Below, one piece after another: positions 63,173 to 64,000 of a stretch of 64,000 bases of DNA; within the stretch, counting starts at the first letter, position 1; every line of letters begins with the position of its first letter. The position numbers and the translations under genes are program-made. This DNA comes from Bugula neritina (Eukaryota; Animalia; Bryozoa), in contig OZ037768.1 of assembly GCA_964035545.1 (NCBI GenBank), positions 10,386,741-10,450,740 of the forward strand, read 5' to 3'. The notes under the pieces are model-generated. The model was not told the origin of the DNA, ran no database searches, and was given only the letters and a program-made list of their open reading frames with translations.

Positions 63173-64000
63173 GGGAGCAAATGCTCTAATGTGAATGTCG
63201 TCAGCGACCTCGGTCCTGACCAGTTTGCATTCCAGTTCCTAAATCAAGATCCAGGCCAGGAACATGTTGATGCCGTAGAACTGACTCCCAAAGCAAAAAG
63301 ACCGAAGGCCAAAAGTAGAAGAGGTGGCAAGAAATTCTCAGTCATAAATGCAGTACAACTGGCCATGTTATGCTTGCTAAGCTGCTTCATTGGCTGTGGA
63401 GCGACCCCGGTAGAAGCAAAAAACCCCATGGTATGCGGCTCTCACCATACTGACCAACCCCACTTGTTCCGACTGAGCACTAACTACACCTGCCCCGGAC
63501 ATGACAAGACTGACCCTAAACGACAACCCCAGCAGACTAAAATCATGGTGTACAAACCTAACACGATAGAGTGGGAATCGCTAGCATATCAATGCAAGAA
63601 GTTTAAATCGGTAGTCACCACGTTGGTGTCTTTCTTCTCCGATGTGAAGGTCCGTGATGCTCACATAGAGAACCGGCCTATCATGCAGAGAGAGTGCACC
63701 GACATGGTTGCCTCTAAACACTGTGACGCGGGTGAGCTTAAGGGTGGAAATGGTGTCTTCACTACGCGCAACAAGGTCGAAGCAGAGTACAAGCATTGCT
63801 GCAAGAAGCGATTCTTCTCAAAGTATCAGTGCAGCATAGTTAGAGCGACCGTGTACAAAAGGCACGAGAATAAGGAATTTGAGTCCACTGCAGGTGATGT
63901 CCGTCATTGCAAATATGACGATGGAAGCTGCAGATTGGACGACGGTTCCATTCTCATATGGGAACCACGGAAGTAGACCTACTGCAAGCACACGGAGTGC
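63173..64000 (+). pseudogene. End of gag, internal signal peptide and env-like glycoprotein ectodomain (class III fusion protein-like); TAG at 63974-63976 probably premature
   Basis: Basic run then AVQLAMLCLLSCFIGCGATPVEA; sequon NYT; AYQCKK...TTLVSFFSD...ECTDMV...C...CKYDDGSCRLDDGSILIW; frame continues TYCKHTEC after the stop. Confidence 0.72.

Larger units (their letters stand above)
59556..64000 (+). mobile_element. Decayed Ty3/Gypsy-like LTR retroelement with gag fused to an env-like glycoprotein; runs off the window
   Basis: LTR, PBS, about 1.16-kb leader, gag, zinc knuckle, internal signal peptide, Cys-rich ectodomain. Confidence 0.85.

Noticed and set aside
63974-63976. TAG as a programmed read-through codon
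   Set aside because: Mid-ectodomain position in an element with other lesions; a nonsense mutation is simpler unless sister copies share it.

Overview
AT-rich, intron-rich animal genomic DNA (invertebrate; lophotrochozoan is my guess). Gene models were spliced by hand. Left to right: the 3' end of an N-formylglutamate-amidohydrolase-like gene; two divergent Cys-loop anion-channel-type receptor genes head-to-head with start codons 280 bp apart and non-canonical pore and ligand-binding residues; a 5-exon orphan secreted protein (coiled coil, Thr stalk, 4-Cys domain); two paralogous secreted proteins with variant chitin-binding (CBM14-like) domains; THOC5; an 8-exon orphan membrane protein; PTCD1; and many transposon relics, several with checked TIRs and TSDs. 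The standout is at the right end: a decayed Ty3/Gypsy-like LTR element. Excising a nested 521-bp solo LTR (5-bp TSD) restores a Gag zinc knuckle that reads in frame, with no pol in between, into an internal signal peptide and a Cys-rich, class III (rhabdo/chuvirus G-like) glycoprotein. This is a Gag-Env polyprotein layout rather than gag-pol-env. All family assignments are by motif recognition; no searches were run.
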